Origin: Sphyrna mokarran
Lineage: Eukaryota
Reading direction: 5' to 3'
DNA: 64,000 nt
NCBI GenBank assembly: GCA_024679065.1
Contig: JAGIQG010000017.1
Coordinates: 34,162,001-34,226,000, forward strand
A model generated the notes under the pieces. That model was not told where the DNA came from. It worked only from the letters and a program-made list of their open reading frames with translations, and did not search any database. This document shows positions 13,496 to 27,500 of this stretch, piece by piece (position 1 is the first letter of the stretch; every line of letters starts with the position of its first letter). The translations under genes and the position numbers were made by a program.

Positions 13496-14290
13496 TGTTA
13501 TGGTTCAGGTCAGGAGTTCTGAAGTGTTTTATGGAAACTGCCTGAATCAAAAGTTCTGCATCTTGAATTTGGTAGGATAAGCATGATATGGCTATCTTAG
13601 TCTGATTCAAATGACCCACTAGGGAGCTTTTATCAAACAAAATTTATTTAATAAGTTAATATGTATAGTAAAAACATTAGCAAAATCTTCTATTGATTAC
13701 AAGCAACACCAAAATAGCTACGATAATGTATAACTCTTAACAGATATAAGAGCTGTCTCAATCAAACCAATCCCATAAACAAGATTCTTCAAATAGGTTT
13801 AATACAGCATAGACTAATGCTCACGTGATACTGGAATTGAGTCCTTTGGATGAAGCAATTCTCTGGATAGACTCAGAACAGCTTCCCAAAACACCAGGAA
13901 CTCTAGGCAAGCCAGCAACAGCAGATTCCCCCCTTCAAAAAGGTAAGACCTTGCTTTCAGATGATCAGCAAAATTTCCAAAACCAGGGATAGAGAGACTT
14001 CTTTCTAGCTTGATGCCCCTCCTAAAACTAAAACTCAAACTACAACTCCAAATTGAAAATGAAAAAACTCCTATTACCTGACCTGCCAACCAGTTTTTCT
14101 CCTAATAATGCAGAATCATAAACATCCCAGTAAAAATAAACAAATCACTGTTTAGACAGCAATAAAATGACATTTCCAGTCAAGCCAGTGCCGTAACGAC
14201 ATCAGCTAAGGCTGTAAGCTGAGAAACACAGAAGCTGTGAGAACTGCAGAGACATTAATTTAAAACAAATCTCTTAAGGATGCACTAACG
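13496..14290 (-). mobile_element. Solo LTR-like element (probably Gypsy)
   Basis: Begins TGTTA and ends TAACG (near-inverted termini), about 795 bp, with TTTATT (minus-strand AATAAA). Flanked by TCTCACG at 13489-13495 and 14291-14297. Confidence 0.6.
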
Positions 14291-14816
14291 TCTCACGCCA
14301 CTATCGCATAAAGTTCATTGATTCCTACTGACCCAGTCCATCATCTCAGATCCACTGACTTCCCAACTCTTCAGACTCAACCAGAGTAGATCCGAGCAGA
14401 TCTTGACTCACTCTCAATACAACCTGGTTAATCCCTGACCTAGCAATCCCTCTTGACCCAACCCTTTTGCCACACCTCCCATTCGCTACCCACTTCAATT
14501 TTGCCATTCATGCATCGTACCACCTTACCCCTGCCATGGTATTGTCACATCCATCATCCGCCCTACTCACCTGCTGCCTTTCCTACTTGCTCCTGTACCC
14601 ACCTTCTGCCACCTTACCCCCCCCCCTCCACTTGAGGCTAATTGCCACTTTGCAGAAGATTTGAGCCCATATCTTTAGCAATGACTTCTCTTCCCATCCC
14701 TGTGTGGCCTTAGAAATGCCTTATAAATCTATCCTTTGAACCCTTCACTTTCTCAATTGCACTCTGCCTCTTAGTGAATCATCAATAGACATTGATCAGA
14801 TTCCAAAAGAAAATGA

Positions 14817-14972
14817 AAGACTTATATTGATATAGCACTTTTCATGATTATTGGAGGCCTCAAAGCATGTTATGAGCAGTGAAATATTTTTTGAAGATGA
14901 GTCACTGTTGTAATAAAGGAAACTCAACAGCCAACTTGTACATAGCAAACTCCTAGATTCAGCAATGTGATA
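14817..14972 (-). mobile_element. Deu-domain SINE 3' portion
   Basis: 'atatagcacttttcatg...tttgaag..gagtcactgttgtaat...cagccaacttgtacatagcaaactcc...cagcaatgtgata' is the reverse complement of the Deu-SINE tail. Confidence 0.78.
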
Positions 14973-17900
14973 GAGATGAGAGTGCCACCACAAATACTGA
15001 GCTACAGCTTACACTAAACAGTTAACATTAAAAATCTACAATAAGACTATTACTTTAGTAAATGTTTTCATAATGGAAAATCAGTTTTGAACTTGATCAT
15101 TTGGATTCTTGTTAAGAATTTACTTGATCAATGTAATTTATTAAGTAAATTGGAATAGATTAATATATACATTCTCAATGACTATTCATTGGACAATAAT
15201 ACCCTGTTGATTACAACGTACCTTCTCCTTATTCTCAGCCTCAATGTATGGATAATTGCAAAAGATGAGTTGATAAGGCTATTCAATTAAAATGTTTTCA
15301 TGAAACAGAGAGCTGGTTAATCTAAATTATCACAATATTGACAGGCTAATTCCTAGATTATCATCCTAAACTCTGATAACCTGATCATTTGAACATGTTC
15401 TGAATCTTGCCCGTCTAGTCTTATTGTCATTAGCCATTCTCGGGGCTTATTATTATGCATTGAGACAGAATAAATGTTGGGAAGTAACAGTTGAGCATCT
15501 GTATAGAAGTTATGAGGAATATTTTTCCTTCATTATCCTTGGCTGTTGAAATCATTAAAAGGAAACTTCAAAAATAAAATGTAAAATTTGATTGTTGGTG
15601 TGCAGCCATCTCTCAATTTATTCTGCTCCCTGGCCCCTAACTTTTGTTTTGTTAGTAATTTAGTATTTTTATTGGATTCCTGGAAGTCTGCATATACTAC
15701 ATCCATTTCATAGCCTTAATCTAATCTTTATATTATTTCTTTAAAGAATTTATTAACATTGGTTAAACATAATTAGTTTCCTAAAAGGAAGATTATGTTT
15801 GTGGTCTCCGGATATTTTCTTGATCTAAATATGCTGAGATTGCCCTTTCTAAGTGTCCCCATTTTTATCGTCAATTTCAGATTCATGCCTTCTTTGCTTG
15901 AGTTGTATCTCATTTTATGCAATATTGTTGCAACTTAAACACTAAGTATAGTAAGAGCCAACATGAATATTTGCCACAGAGGGACATGTTATTATTTGTC
16001 AATAAGTGTATCACTGAGTCAGACACTGCCCTTTATTAATGTAAGAGATCCTTTGGGCTTCCTGTTTATCACCTGTTACTTTATTGTCACATCTTTCTGT
16101 GACTATCAGTTGTTCACCTGTAGGCAAGCTGAGATACACAAATCAGAACTTAATTTGAATTTTGGGTATCTTAATAAAATCATGTTCTTCTAAACTGGAT
16201 CTGCACTTTGAGGTTCTGTTGTAGTTACCCAAGTTTGAATAGAAATGTATCATAATGACTTCTCAGATCCAGAAGAAAAGATGAGGTTCTTAATATTAGC
16301 ATCCATTAGTTTTTTTAGGACGTATTATTGTTTATTAGTTAACAATGTACACACAAATGATTTTTGTCTGTAATGGTGGGGTTGATTTTAACTGGAGCAG
16401 GGGAAGGGGGGGGGGGGGTGCAGGGGTATTGCTGGAGTTACAGGTTTGGAGGAAATCTCCTCCAGTGAGCACATTGTGTTGCATGGGTCCAATTTACATG
16501 ACCCAGTCAGTGTCCTGTCCTTCTGCGGTAGTGGCATCAGGATTGGTAGTGCAGGAGGAAAACTCACAGGAAGATATCAGTGATTCAATGAAAGTAAACT
16601 CCTGCCTGTCTGCAGCATGCACCTTGACCGATTTTTGGAATTATTGACGATAAAATGCTAGCGAAGGGGAATGGTGTGGCCTTAAATATGCTCAGACAAA
16701 TTTAACCTTCACTACACACACTTCCTGCTGGATGGGCTACTTAAATCAATCCCAGTAGAGCAAGGATAATTTGTACATTTCAATGAAGATTATCAGCCAT
16801 TTGTTTAACTGTGAGTTTATCACAAATATTAATGTATTTTGTTTGAAAATTAAAATATGAAAATTGCGCATCCTTTTGTATTTGGAGAATAGGACAAAAT
16901 TAATTTCACTCTCCCACAGCATTAATAAACTTGCATTTGTTCTAACTCTCCAAAACTGAAAGCAACTGCAATTTTATTTTGAGCCTTAAAAATGAAACCA
17001 GCTAAATTAAATAAAATACCGAGTTCAGGGAGTGAGTCCAAGGCAGTAATTTAATCCCAGGGTTCAGTTAATATTCATAAATCACTGATGCCATCTGAAC
17101 GCTTTGATTAGATTATAGTCATGTTATTCTTCAATCTTGGGTATCCATTTTCTAATATATAATTGTGTGTGATTTATGCATGTCAAAGTGCCACATTGTA
17201 ACAGGAAATGAACCAGTTGTTTTCCCCATTTTCCTCTTGGTAAAATGGCAAAAGATTCTCGGCATTAGCTCTTCCATTTTATATGAGACAAGAGACTGGA
17301 ATTCTACCTATTTTATAGTATGGGTCTTCACTTCTGAGTGAGGAGCATATTTCTTAGTACATCTTAGTTGTTCTGACCAGACTGCAGTAGCTGTGTAACC
17401 TGCTCCCAAGACTCGCCTCAGAAGTATCATGATGGCCTTATTGGAATGGGAGGAGTTGGGGAGGCATGTTTAAAATTGCCCCAATTGTTTCAAATCAATG
17501 GCTGTTTTAGAGTTTAATTTGCTGGACTTTTCTCCATCAGAATAATGATTGAACAATCAAATTTCACTTTATTTAAGGCATCTTCAGGGAATAGTCAAAG
17601 TTTATGTAAATCAAGTTGTTTTATACACTTGAGTTATCTAATGTAGATTAATAAGTTTTTCTATGTTCAAGCCCTTTTCTTCATTGCTTTTCAACGTAGC
17701 GTAACCTTTTAAATATGATTTTGTTTAGGACAACATTCTTAATTGCAATATATTTATATTCATATTTTTGTTACCTTGTGAATATATTTCTAATTATGCC
17801 ATTTTTAAATAAATTGAAAAGTGCACTAATGCACTAGTGACAGATGTTGTGTTTTGTACCACTCTCTGTATATCAGTGATATTATTGTACAGTTCAAATG

Positions 17901-18356
17901 AGTAAGGCAAAAAAAAATGACAGTTGGTGTAACCACAGTTAATATGTGTGTGACGTTCAGTATCTTCAAAAAAAATTGAACAAATGCAAATGGTGACACG
18001 ACCAAATGTTCCATCGAGACTGCCCCATCACAGTCATAGAATTTTACAACTTCACTCAACCCAAGACTGGAAAATCCTCACCAAGGTCAATGGACATTTC
18101 TATTGTCCGTCACACTGATTCCATAGTGGGTGGGGCGGTAGAATTTTGGTGGTGGTGCCTCAATCATCATGACTCATAATAGATCCCGCTAGCAAGAACC
18201 AAGTGGAAGGCAAAAACTTTGCTTCTTGAAAGGGCTGATTTAGAAAGAATGAAATTTGGAAAGTTCTTCTCCGTCTCCTTTGATGTACCAAAACTGGTCC
18301 ACGAGGAAAGACGTTAACAGTGACAACTAAAGACTAAATTTTCCACTGACACTGAA

Positions 18357-18434
18357 GCAGCACTTGTGGATCTGTAATTTCCAAAATTGCAGATCCACAA
18401 GTGCTGCAATTGCACAGATCTGCAATTTCCAAAA
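18357..18434. repeat. Near-perfect 24-bp inverted repeat plus adjacent direct duplication
   Basis: gcagcacttgtggatctgtaattt-cca-aaattgcagatccacaagtgctgc (one mismatch). gatctg(t/c)aatttccaaaa occurs at 18369-18386 and again at 18417-18434. Confidence 0.9.
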
Positions 18435-18914
18435 ACCATTTAATTTTCTCAATGTGCCTTCATTAGATATTAATATTGGGCTTCTATTAATATTGGTCTA
18501 GGGATGTGGGGAAGGGAGCAAATGAAAGGATTGAAAGGATTTGGTATCAGGTGCAATGTGGATTCTGAGAGTTGTATTACTTAAGGTACAACTGTTAAGT
18601 CTCCATAGTTCAGGTATAATTATTTGAATTACACCCAAAATTTTAGACCTGAGGGAAAGAAACTCAGGGCGGGTTTCTCTGATCTCATCCATTCCCACTC
18701 CACTGACTGTGAGAATGGAGAATTTGGCACTTAACCAATACTCTATTCACTTCAATGGCACTGGAGATTCCCAGCCATGGATGAGGTCAGAAGTTTTGGA
18801 ATTAGACACGGCATCTGTGGAAAAAGCGGACCTGACAACTAGTGCCATTTCATGCAAATGCCAAAGAAGACACTGAACCAGTCAGCGTACATGTAAAAAA
18901 AAAAATAATGCTGT

Positions 18915-19700
18915 GCTTCAGATGATGTTGCTGATGGGCACCCTGTAGATGAGAAGTAGGAAGTAGCCAAGGAGACTTGGGGACAACAGAGTCTCAATGC
19001 AGGAGTTTGAAGAAAAGACTATGAATGATTCTCTGGCTGCGATTAGGTTGATGAGAATGGAACCAGGTGAGAGCAGTCCCACTTAGCTGGACAACAGTCG
19101 AGAGGCATCAGAGGAGGATGGTGTGGTCAGCTGTGTGAAAGTTGCAGACAGATCACAAAGGATAAGGGGAGGGAGAGTTTACCTTTGTCACAATCACATG
19201 GAATGTGATTTGATAAAACCATTTTGGTACTGTGTTTTGGAAATCTCCTGATTGAAAGGGGTTCTAGCATAGATTTGTGCAAAAAATGAGAATGGTATTT
19301 TTCAAGGAGATCAAGGATTGTTTATGAGGAGTAGGATGATAGGAGATTTAAAGGACAGAAGGACAACACCTGAAGTGAATGAACCTCTAATAATATCTGC
19401 TGACACAAGGTCGAGGAGGTGAAAGTTGTATGATCAGCGTTGAGTGGGAACAAGATGAGCTCAAAGAAACCATGAGATTTCATAATCCATAACAGGAGAG
19501 AAACTAGAGAAAGATAAGAGTTCAGGATGAGGCAGATGGGGGATTGGCCAGTTGTCTGGTGAAAGGAAGATGTGCAGCTGAGGCAACTGATCAGATTGTT
19601 TCAATCTTGGGACGAAGAGCTTCTTACACTCATTGTTGGAGGTGAGATGGGTTTGGAGAGGACAAGTAGGAGGAAGAGGTTTATGAAGACAGTTTGTTGG
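18915..19700 (-). mobile_element. L2-clade LINE RT fragment
   Basis: Minus-strand translation with frameshifts CDCDKGK.SL.ILCDLSATF.TADHTILL..LSTVVQLSGTALTWFHS matches the L2 RT pattern DLSAAFDTVDH.ILL..L...G.AL.WF.SY. Confidence 0.85.
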
Positions 19701-19855
19701 GAAGCAATGGGAGATTCAAATATGATCTCGTTTCTAGCATCTGGTCCTGCTCTCCTTTAAGGAAGCTTTCTGGAATGCTTCCAGATTGTATTCTGTATGT
19801 GTCAACTACAGTTCAGTAAGTAGTATACTCACTTCTGAGTCAGAAGGTTTAGAGT

Positions 19856-20140
19856 TTTTTTAGTTATCCTATTCAATCAAATCAAGTTCAATTCGTGTCC
19901 CAACAAGTTGAGACATTTTGATCCAAGCTGACAAGACAAGGCTGTCACCTCCTGTCTTGGGCTTGATCTAGATCTACATGATCCAAGCAGATTGGAGTAG
20001 GTATAGCTCCTTCTCCAAGGCTTAATCTCATTTGCATCTTAAGCAAAAGGCTGAGATGCTGCTTTTAAAAATTGCTTCAAATGAAGTTAAAATGTAACCT
20101 CATGACTTCAATCAATTACAACATGTCGATACTACACTTG
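19856..20140. repeat. Interspersed repeat fragment inserted in the Deu-SINE head (family not identified)
   Basis: Interrupts collinear SINE sequence and contains 'gatccaagc' twice and 'gacaagacaagg...cctgtcttg'. Confidence 0.5.
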
Positions 20141-20188
20141 ATTTGAGCCTTTAAGTCACAAAATCTACCCTGGCATTTCCATGCGGTA

Positions 20189-20236
20189 CTGCATCCATGC
20201 TGCATCCATGCTGCATCCATGCATTCCATGCTGCAT
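20189..20236. repeat. 11-bp tandem repeat (CTGCATCCATG x3 plus a degenerate copy)
   Basis: Seen directly in the sequence. Confidence 0.9.
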
Positions 20237-20352
20237 TATTGAAGGTGCTATCTTTTAGGTATGATGTTGAATTGAAACCCAAACCGCTCACTCTCAGGTA
20301 GGGATAAATTATCCCAAAACATTGTGAAGAAGAGTAGTAGAATTCTTGTTAA

Positions 20353-20696
20353 TTTTTTTTTTCTGATGTGTTCATGTGATATTACCGTTGTTGGCTGGAC
20401 TAGCGTGAACTACCCACCCTAATTGCTCTTGAGGAGGCATTTAATCCACATTGTAGTGGATCTGGAGTCACATGTAAGTCAAACTAGGTAAGGATGTCAG
20501 ATTTCCTTCCATGAAGGACATTAGTGAACCAAATGGGTTTTTATGACAACTTTATTGTCAACATTATACTTTTGATTCCAGATTTTTATTGGATTCAAAT
20601 TTCACCATTTGTCTTTGTGGGATTTGAACCCGAGTTCCCAGAGTATTGCCTGAAATTTTAGTCCAATAACAATGCCACTATAGCATCACCTCCTCC
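20353..20696 (-). mobile_element. tRNA-derived SINE, near full length, with CR1-group LINE-like tail
   Basis: Minus-strand head 'ggtgatgctatagtggcattg...gggttcaaatccc' (A/B boxes), core 'aaacccatttggttcactaatgtcc', tail 'caagagcaattagggtggg'. Confidence 0.85.
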
Positions 20697-23600
20697 TTCC
20701 TGGTATCTTGACAAAAAGTAAATTTGTAAAATATCATCAGAAATTCTGCTGTTTATGGGAGCTTGCTCAATTGACTGTGTTTTTTACCTGACATTTGCAA
20801 CTGCATTTTAAAAGTATTTAATTGTAAAACATGTGGGATGTCCTGTCATGGTGAAATTTAAGGTACAGTTTTACTCTTTCATAGGGTGGCACAGAAACCT
20901 TTATCCTCTTTATTTACTTTCAATGGGGAATCAGAATACAGATGACACAGTGAAATGCCACTTCAGTCTCCCAAAATATACTACTACCAGTACACAAATT
21001 GGAGGCTACGATTGACAAACCATACGACAGGAGGCACCAAGGAAAGACATAATGGCCTTTAACATTAGGGAGATTGTTAGATATATTTTCATCAATATTG
21101 GGAAAAGTAAAGCACAATTTGGGGCAAAGTAAGAGAATGCCTCTGAGAAAGTGTAGCAGAATTTTTTCGGAATGTGAGCTGTGGTAATTCTGGAGCTATG
21201 TCAGCAAAAAACTGAGTTCAGTTTCTTGCCAAAGGGGAACCATGATAGCAAGACTCATTTAGCTGAACATCTCCCTTGTGAGCTCTGCCCACAGCTGGCT
21301 AGCATCTGGCACGACTCAGTTATTGCTTTGTGAGGGAAGTGCAACCTCATCTAGCATTGAAAGTTGTTAGATTGAAGTAGAGGTGTATGTACCAGTGGGT
21401 GAGGAATATGGTCTTGGGACAATTGGGGAAATAAAAGAAGAAAGTAGAACATTACCTGAAAAATTGTAAATGTATTAAAACTAAACACACAAGTCAGTGC
21501 TTTTTTCCTTCCACCCACAATATCTGCCATCCAAACCGCTACCTTGTTCAAATTTCTGAATATAATTACTGAACCATAAGTGCTCAAAGGATTAATATAG
21601 TTTAAAAAAAACTCTTGGCTGGTGTTAGGACAGGAGGGGGTGATTGCTTAAACACTTATAAGGACCAGTGATTTGTTCATATAGGTTGCCAAGAAGAACA
21701 ACACAAACCACTGCAAGCAAGTGACAGCAGCTCTGCAAAGTCCTATTGGTACCATACAAGTATCCGGCTGTGAAGAAGGCATTCACTTCATTCAGCTCCA
21801 GGAGAGTTTTGTACCCAAGGACAGGTGTGTATACTATGAATGGCCTTCATATATTTGATTGATTAAATAATTGGCAGAGAAAGAAAGGCCCCATGTAATA
21901 ACACATTTGATCAAACCAAAGCTCTTTTATCAAATAATAAAGCAAGAGCTTAAGTTGAATTAATGAACAGGATTTAAAGAAAAAAACTCGGAACTAACAT
22001 AAGTAAATTGCTTAAAAATGCTGAATCTTTATCTGTATTTTTTTTAACTAGAAATGAAATTTCAACCAACGTAAGTTATTCACTAAAACGAATGAAATAT
22101 CTTTTTGTTGATCATTTTGTAACATGAAAATTAAATCATAAACTTTTAGACTTAGTAATATTAAAGAAAATTGCCATTGCTGGAATGGCATGGTACCATT
22201 TGTGGTTACATTATAAGTGTATTACAAATTTCTAATAAAAGTGTTGAGATAGCGATCTGAATGTTGTAACTGGAAGTGGTGAAACTCATTCATAGTAACC
22301 CGAATCTCCTTCAATTAACTCTTTTAAAAATAATAGTGAAAAAGAATGTTAAGTGTGAAAAGAACTGTCTGCTTAAGACTGACTTACACAAAGCTTTATA
22401 TTACGGAATTACTTTTTTAGACCATCGTCCGCCACACATTGCAGTTGTATTGAAATGATACCACTAAGTAAAGATATGAGAGTTATTCTTTGGATAGGCT
22501 TTGCAGGAAAAAAATGATACGAACAAATCTTTCTGTTATTAATACACAAACAGGCCAACAGTTTATTACACAGTAGAGTCACCACTAACTTATGTTGCAT
22601 GAATATGTTGTACCACCAATTGCTCCGTGAAAACAGGATATCACACTTCCTGTGATTTTGATGAAGTTGCTGCATAACTTTCTATCATGTGTTTGATGGG
22701 AAATTAAATCAACAGTTATCAGCATAAGCATCCTTTTAACAGTGTCACGATTGTCAGTGATTGTTGATCAAACACTCTTGCCCAGAAAGTAAACAATTAT
22801 AATTATGGAGACTTATTCCTTCAATTGTGCTTTTTATATTATAAAAATGCTAAACATAATTTTTAAATTTTTTTGTTTGCCTTCATCCTTTCAATCTAAT
22901 TTTTTCCTCTTGTTTATCCCTCTATACCTAATTTGAGTTCAATTCACTGACTCTATTTTTCATTCATTCTTCATCTTACTTCTGTTTCCTTCCCAATCTC
23001 TTAACCTTATTGGTTAACGAGATACTCCATTCTGTTATTCACCAACAATACTAAACCTTGTTGCCCTCATCACATCATTATCCATGGCACACCAGAAACT
23101 TTGTGACTAAATAATTTCAGACCTAGTCTTTCACAATTCAGAAGTATATGTGCATAAGTGCGCTACAACACCCCGCAATCTAATAAATGAGATCCCTTTC
23201 ATTAGCTGGTGCACATATCTATGTTGTGCTTTCTTTGGCTTAAATAAGTTGAGTGTGGGAATTTTGCCTCTTAACTCAACTGGAATGGGATGCAGTACAT
23301 GTTTCAAGCTGAACCAATAAATAGTCAAATGTCATTTTTTTGTCACACTAGATTGTTGTAGTTTTTTTCTTCTTTCTGTTTGGTACGTACGTTTGAAATA
23401 AACTGTGTTGTGTTTGATCTGATTTGAAGGCATGCTGAACCATATAGCTGCATAATGTGTATTATTTGCATTTTTTAACTGAGGCAAGCCAATATCCTCG
23501 ACCCAATCATTGAAAAATCCCTTAGTAGTGTAATCTGTTCCAGTAATATGCTTCATTTGGTACAGCAAGCATTTTTTTTTACATCATTTACTATTTAGGA

Positions 23601-24338
23601 TGAAAAACAGTGTCCCAGAATTTGTATAATCAGCAGATTGTGTGTAATAATTAGACTGGGTTTCTAACTGCAGTATTGAGTCTGGAGTTTATGAACACTG
23701 TTCTACGATTGACAGTTTTTATTGGAGTACAACTGCTTAACAATTACAGGATTATAGAAACATTCAGAAAAGATATCTGAGAAAAATGGTGTTTTAGATT
23801 ATTTTGACATGGCTCATATTGTTAAAATGAATGACAAAGTGCTAATATATTAGATAACTGAGTTTTTTGTACTCATAATTACTCTTGGAGCGTGGTTAAA
23901 TTGTTAGGATTTTGAGTTCAGAAGGATGTATATCTGAAAGTAGCCATTTGATACATGATATCCAGTAAATTGAAAATGTTAGTCATTGAGTTGTTCAGTT
24001 GTTTTGGAGACTGACATAGTTCCTAAAATAGCTATAATAACGGAAGACTATTATTTTAAATCTTCGTATTTTATTTCTCTAGTGTTATTGTTATTTCCAG
24101 GGAACAAAATAGATGAATACTAGAGCTAGATTCATCTTTTGTCATTTTGTTAGCGGTATTTTTAGAGATAGAAAAATCCATATTCCACTGGACAGTTGGC
24201 TGAATTACTAACAAATAAGTGCCTTGAGATTGATAATTTTAGAAATAATATCTAGGGCAATAAACAGAGACAGAATTAGTCAGAATGCTGGGATCATAAA
24301 AAAGAAGCTATGTTAAGAAATGCAAATAGTTGATACAA

Positions 24339-24531
24339 TGGCCAGAATTCTCTGTCATTCACATGGTGGGATTCCCTGGACCCACCAACAGTGCATCTCC
24401 TGGTTTTCCAGTGGTATGAGGTGGCTTCATTGAGAATTCTCATTGATAGCGGTGGGACCAGAAGATCCCGACACCAACGAATGACATACCCTCTCCTGCC
24501 ACTGAGAAAAACGCTGAGGAGAGGCCAGCCA
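24339..24531. mobile_element. Short MITE-like non-autonomous repeat (similar remnants at about 18060-18150, 18665-18800, 35300-36005, 37400-37535)
   Basis: Starts 'ggccagaattctc' and is imperfectly self-complementary (gggattccctggacccacc ... ggtgggaccagaagatccc). Locally GC-richer. Confidence 0.55.
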
Positions 24532-27500
24532 TTTCTGTCATTATGTATTTTGTAAAAAAAAAATGCAAGTATAGTGTTTGACTAGTATAGCAATGATGCA
24601 AACTTAATCTCAAAATAAAATGAATGTGATCGACTTGTGTGTGACCCAGAGGTTTCCTGACATGTGAAGTAGGGAGTCATTACTTGGTAAGCACCATGGA
24701 GGCAAGCAAGCAAGCACATGATAATGTACCTTATCTTTCCCGTAGAAATGAGATCTCTAGAGTGGTAAAATATAACCAAAGTAAGCATGGCAATCAATTC
24801 AAAAATCATATTCTGCAGCTACAGTCAATTGTTGGTAAAGTAGTTTTACTGAGACGCAGGAAGCTTCTCCAAATTTTGCACGGTCACTGATAGTTTCCCT
24901 AGTGGTATAATTTAAGCTGCCATTACTTAAAAAAAAATCAATTAATCTATCATGAAACCAATTGTATAACTCACAATTATATGATTGATCCGATAGGTCT
25001 GATCTGCTGACTACCTATATACTACAACTGGCCAATTGTCCATTACAGGAAACCAGCCAGCTGTCTTACTGGCTGTAGCTCACCAGTAAAAGATTAATGA
25101 GGCTTGAACCCAAAAGTCATTCCAGATTCCCAGATGCTGTGTTGGGAGGGTGCTACTTGTGCATTACTGATATCTGACCCTTTCAGCACAAAAACTGAAG
25201 TCCCCACATTTTTCTTTTGACAGATGTGTAATTTTCATGCCTTAATCAACATTGTTATTTCTAAACTCAGCACCTGGACCTGTGAATCATTATGTAAATA
25301 AGGTTAAACAAGAGATTTTAGTTGCCATTAAAGCAGTTCAACACTGTTTTATACCTGAAAATGAAAATCATCCCTACTTTGTTTCTTCTAGCTAACCATA
25401 CAAAATTCACTAATGAAAGGGTAAATAATTCAGAAGGGATAGATCTGAAAACAAAACTTAAATTGACTGAGTAGAGCATTATTGGAGGGCTGAAGGGCCT
25501 TTTTCTATGCTGTACTTTTCTTTGGAGTATAGGTTTGCAAATTTTGAATGACGGTCAGAAAGTTTTGCTTTATGCTAAAAGGAATCAATGTATTGAATAG
25601 ACTTCCTGGTGGATAAGTGTAATAAAAGCAAGAGCCCAGAATTATTTGAGAAATCATTAGAATTATCATGAATGGATTACAGTGTTTGTAACACAGATGA
25701 ACTCATCAGCTAAATGATGTCCTCTTCCATATTAATCTTATGAATTCAGGAGAAGACACAATGACTATTTTTAAGTAATTTGTTTTGGAGAAGGAACAAG
25801 CAAAAGGATATGAGCCCCATAGAGAGGTCAGCACAAGATAAAAGGTGCAAATACATTATACCTAAAATAAAAAATTGATGGATCAGATGCAGGGAGGAAA
25901 AGTCAGCTAGATTCTACAGAATGATGAAGATTTAGCCTGAGCAAGTAATCTAGTGAAATCAGAATTAAAGGAAGTGGATGCTGCTAAGATCTGTGAATGA
26001 TGGTGTTAGTAATTTTGATTTATCCAACATTTCTTGTTGGATAGGCAGCTTAACTGCACATCTGCCCTTAAACAGTGGTTACAAAGAAGTAGAATTGACA
26101 TATCCATAAAGGCTGACCCATGTGTAAGTGAACTATATTGCCCACGGGTGGTTTGTAGTTGGGACAGACTTGGTTATGAGGCATAAGTGCAATTTGGATG
26201 CACTTGTGTTGATAGATGAGAAGAAGCCATTTAAGGAAGTTATGTGACTTGATTAGACTGGGTATGGCAGAATAAAGCAGTGTCGTTGAAGTAGATGACA
26301 GGAATGCGTGATAATGGAGAATGTAATGATTAGTGTTTTTGAAGAGGTAAAACCATTGAGGATGAATGACAAAGTTTTGATATCAATCTACAAGTATATA
26401 ACTGGTATTTTTACCACAATTGCTTTCTATTATGGTCTCATCATAATTCAATAGTAGAACCAATGAGAGAACCAACTATGAATCCAGAGATGTTGGAGAG
26501 ACAAAGGGAAGCTCAATATAAAACCATAGTTTGTAAAGAATGAGGGGCCAACTTCTGTGCAGCTATTTTAAGCTCACTGGAGCCAAATTTCAAGTTTGAT
26601 GGGCCAAATATCCTATTCCTGCTTCTATAACTTATGGTCTTCCAGTCTTATTAATTGGCTCACGGTAAGACATCCACCCTGACATGATAGAAGGAAGTCC
26701 TGCCTTAACTGGCATTTCTGTAGTCCCAGCACCACTAGATGTGAATGGTGGTCATCACTGGGACCAGAGGTACACCCCAAAGAAGAGGCCAGATTGAAGT
26801 CAAGTCTCTGGTATTAATGGGCCCAGTAAGCATGCCCAGCAATTGAGATGAGGGGAAAGGAGGCCTAGTTTGAGAGTCCTGTGGGATGAGACATTTAACT
26901 TGGGAGGGTGGGTGCATTCAATATGCATAAGGAACTCCCCCATCACTGGAAGTAAAAATATTAAGGATCTCATTAGTTGAAACTATCCACATCTAATTTG
27001 AAACAAGATAGGATAGCTTGGGGTTGGGGGGGGGGGGTGCGTGGAGTTGGGCAAAAGCGGGTAGCGCATTTAAATGTTTTAATGAGTTTACTAACTGAGG
27101 TATTTTCTCTCGGTTTTAATGATGAAACATTAGTTTTAAATCTGGCAACTAAAGATGGGTGGGGAAGTGTTATGGCCATTGATCTACCCAACTCCCCACC
27201 CTCTACCCGCAATGTCCTCAGCACTCTCTGATCTTTTCTGGGTTCCCAATGTTTTTCAAGGGCACTCCACCAATATTCTCTCCAATCCCTTCTGTGTTCT
27301 TCACACAAACTCTCTCAGTTCCTTTCACAATCTTCTTATTTCCCTCATCCTGACCTCAACCTCCTAAGAGTCCAGACGAACATCAGTTCATCATCTCTGG
27401 CTCCACCATCAACGTAACCAATGCCAAAACCTCTGAACTCCACTTCCCACCAGCACTCTGTTTCTTGGATGCAATCTGGTGCCATTTCTTAATCTGACTG

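Larger units (their letters stand above)
19808..20875 (+). mobile_element. Deu-domain SINE split by two insertions
   Basis: Head 'cacttctgagtcagaaggtt', Deu core 'gaagaagagtagtagaattct|tcctggtatc' and tail 'gctgtttatgggagcttgct...aaaagtatttaattg...gggatgtcctg' are collinear once 19856-20140 and 20353-20696 are removed. Confidence 0.7.

Noticed and set aside
20189-20236. Short repeat array as CRISPR
   Set aside because: No spacers, eukaryotic context; it is a simple tandem slippage repeat.
24105-24141. Imperfect hairpin caaaatagatgaatactag/ctagattcatcttttg
   Set aside because: Short, bulged and AT-rich; compatible with chance.
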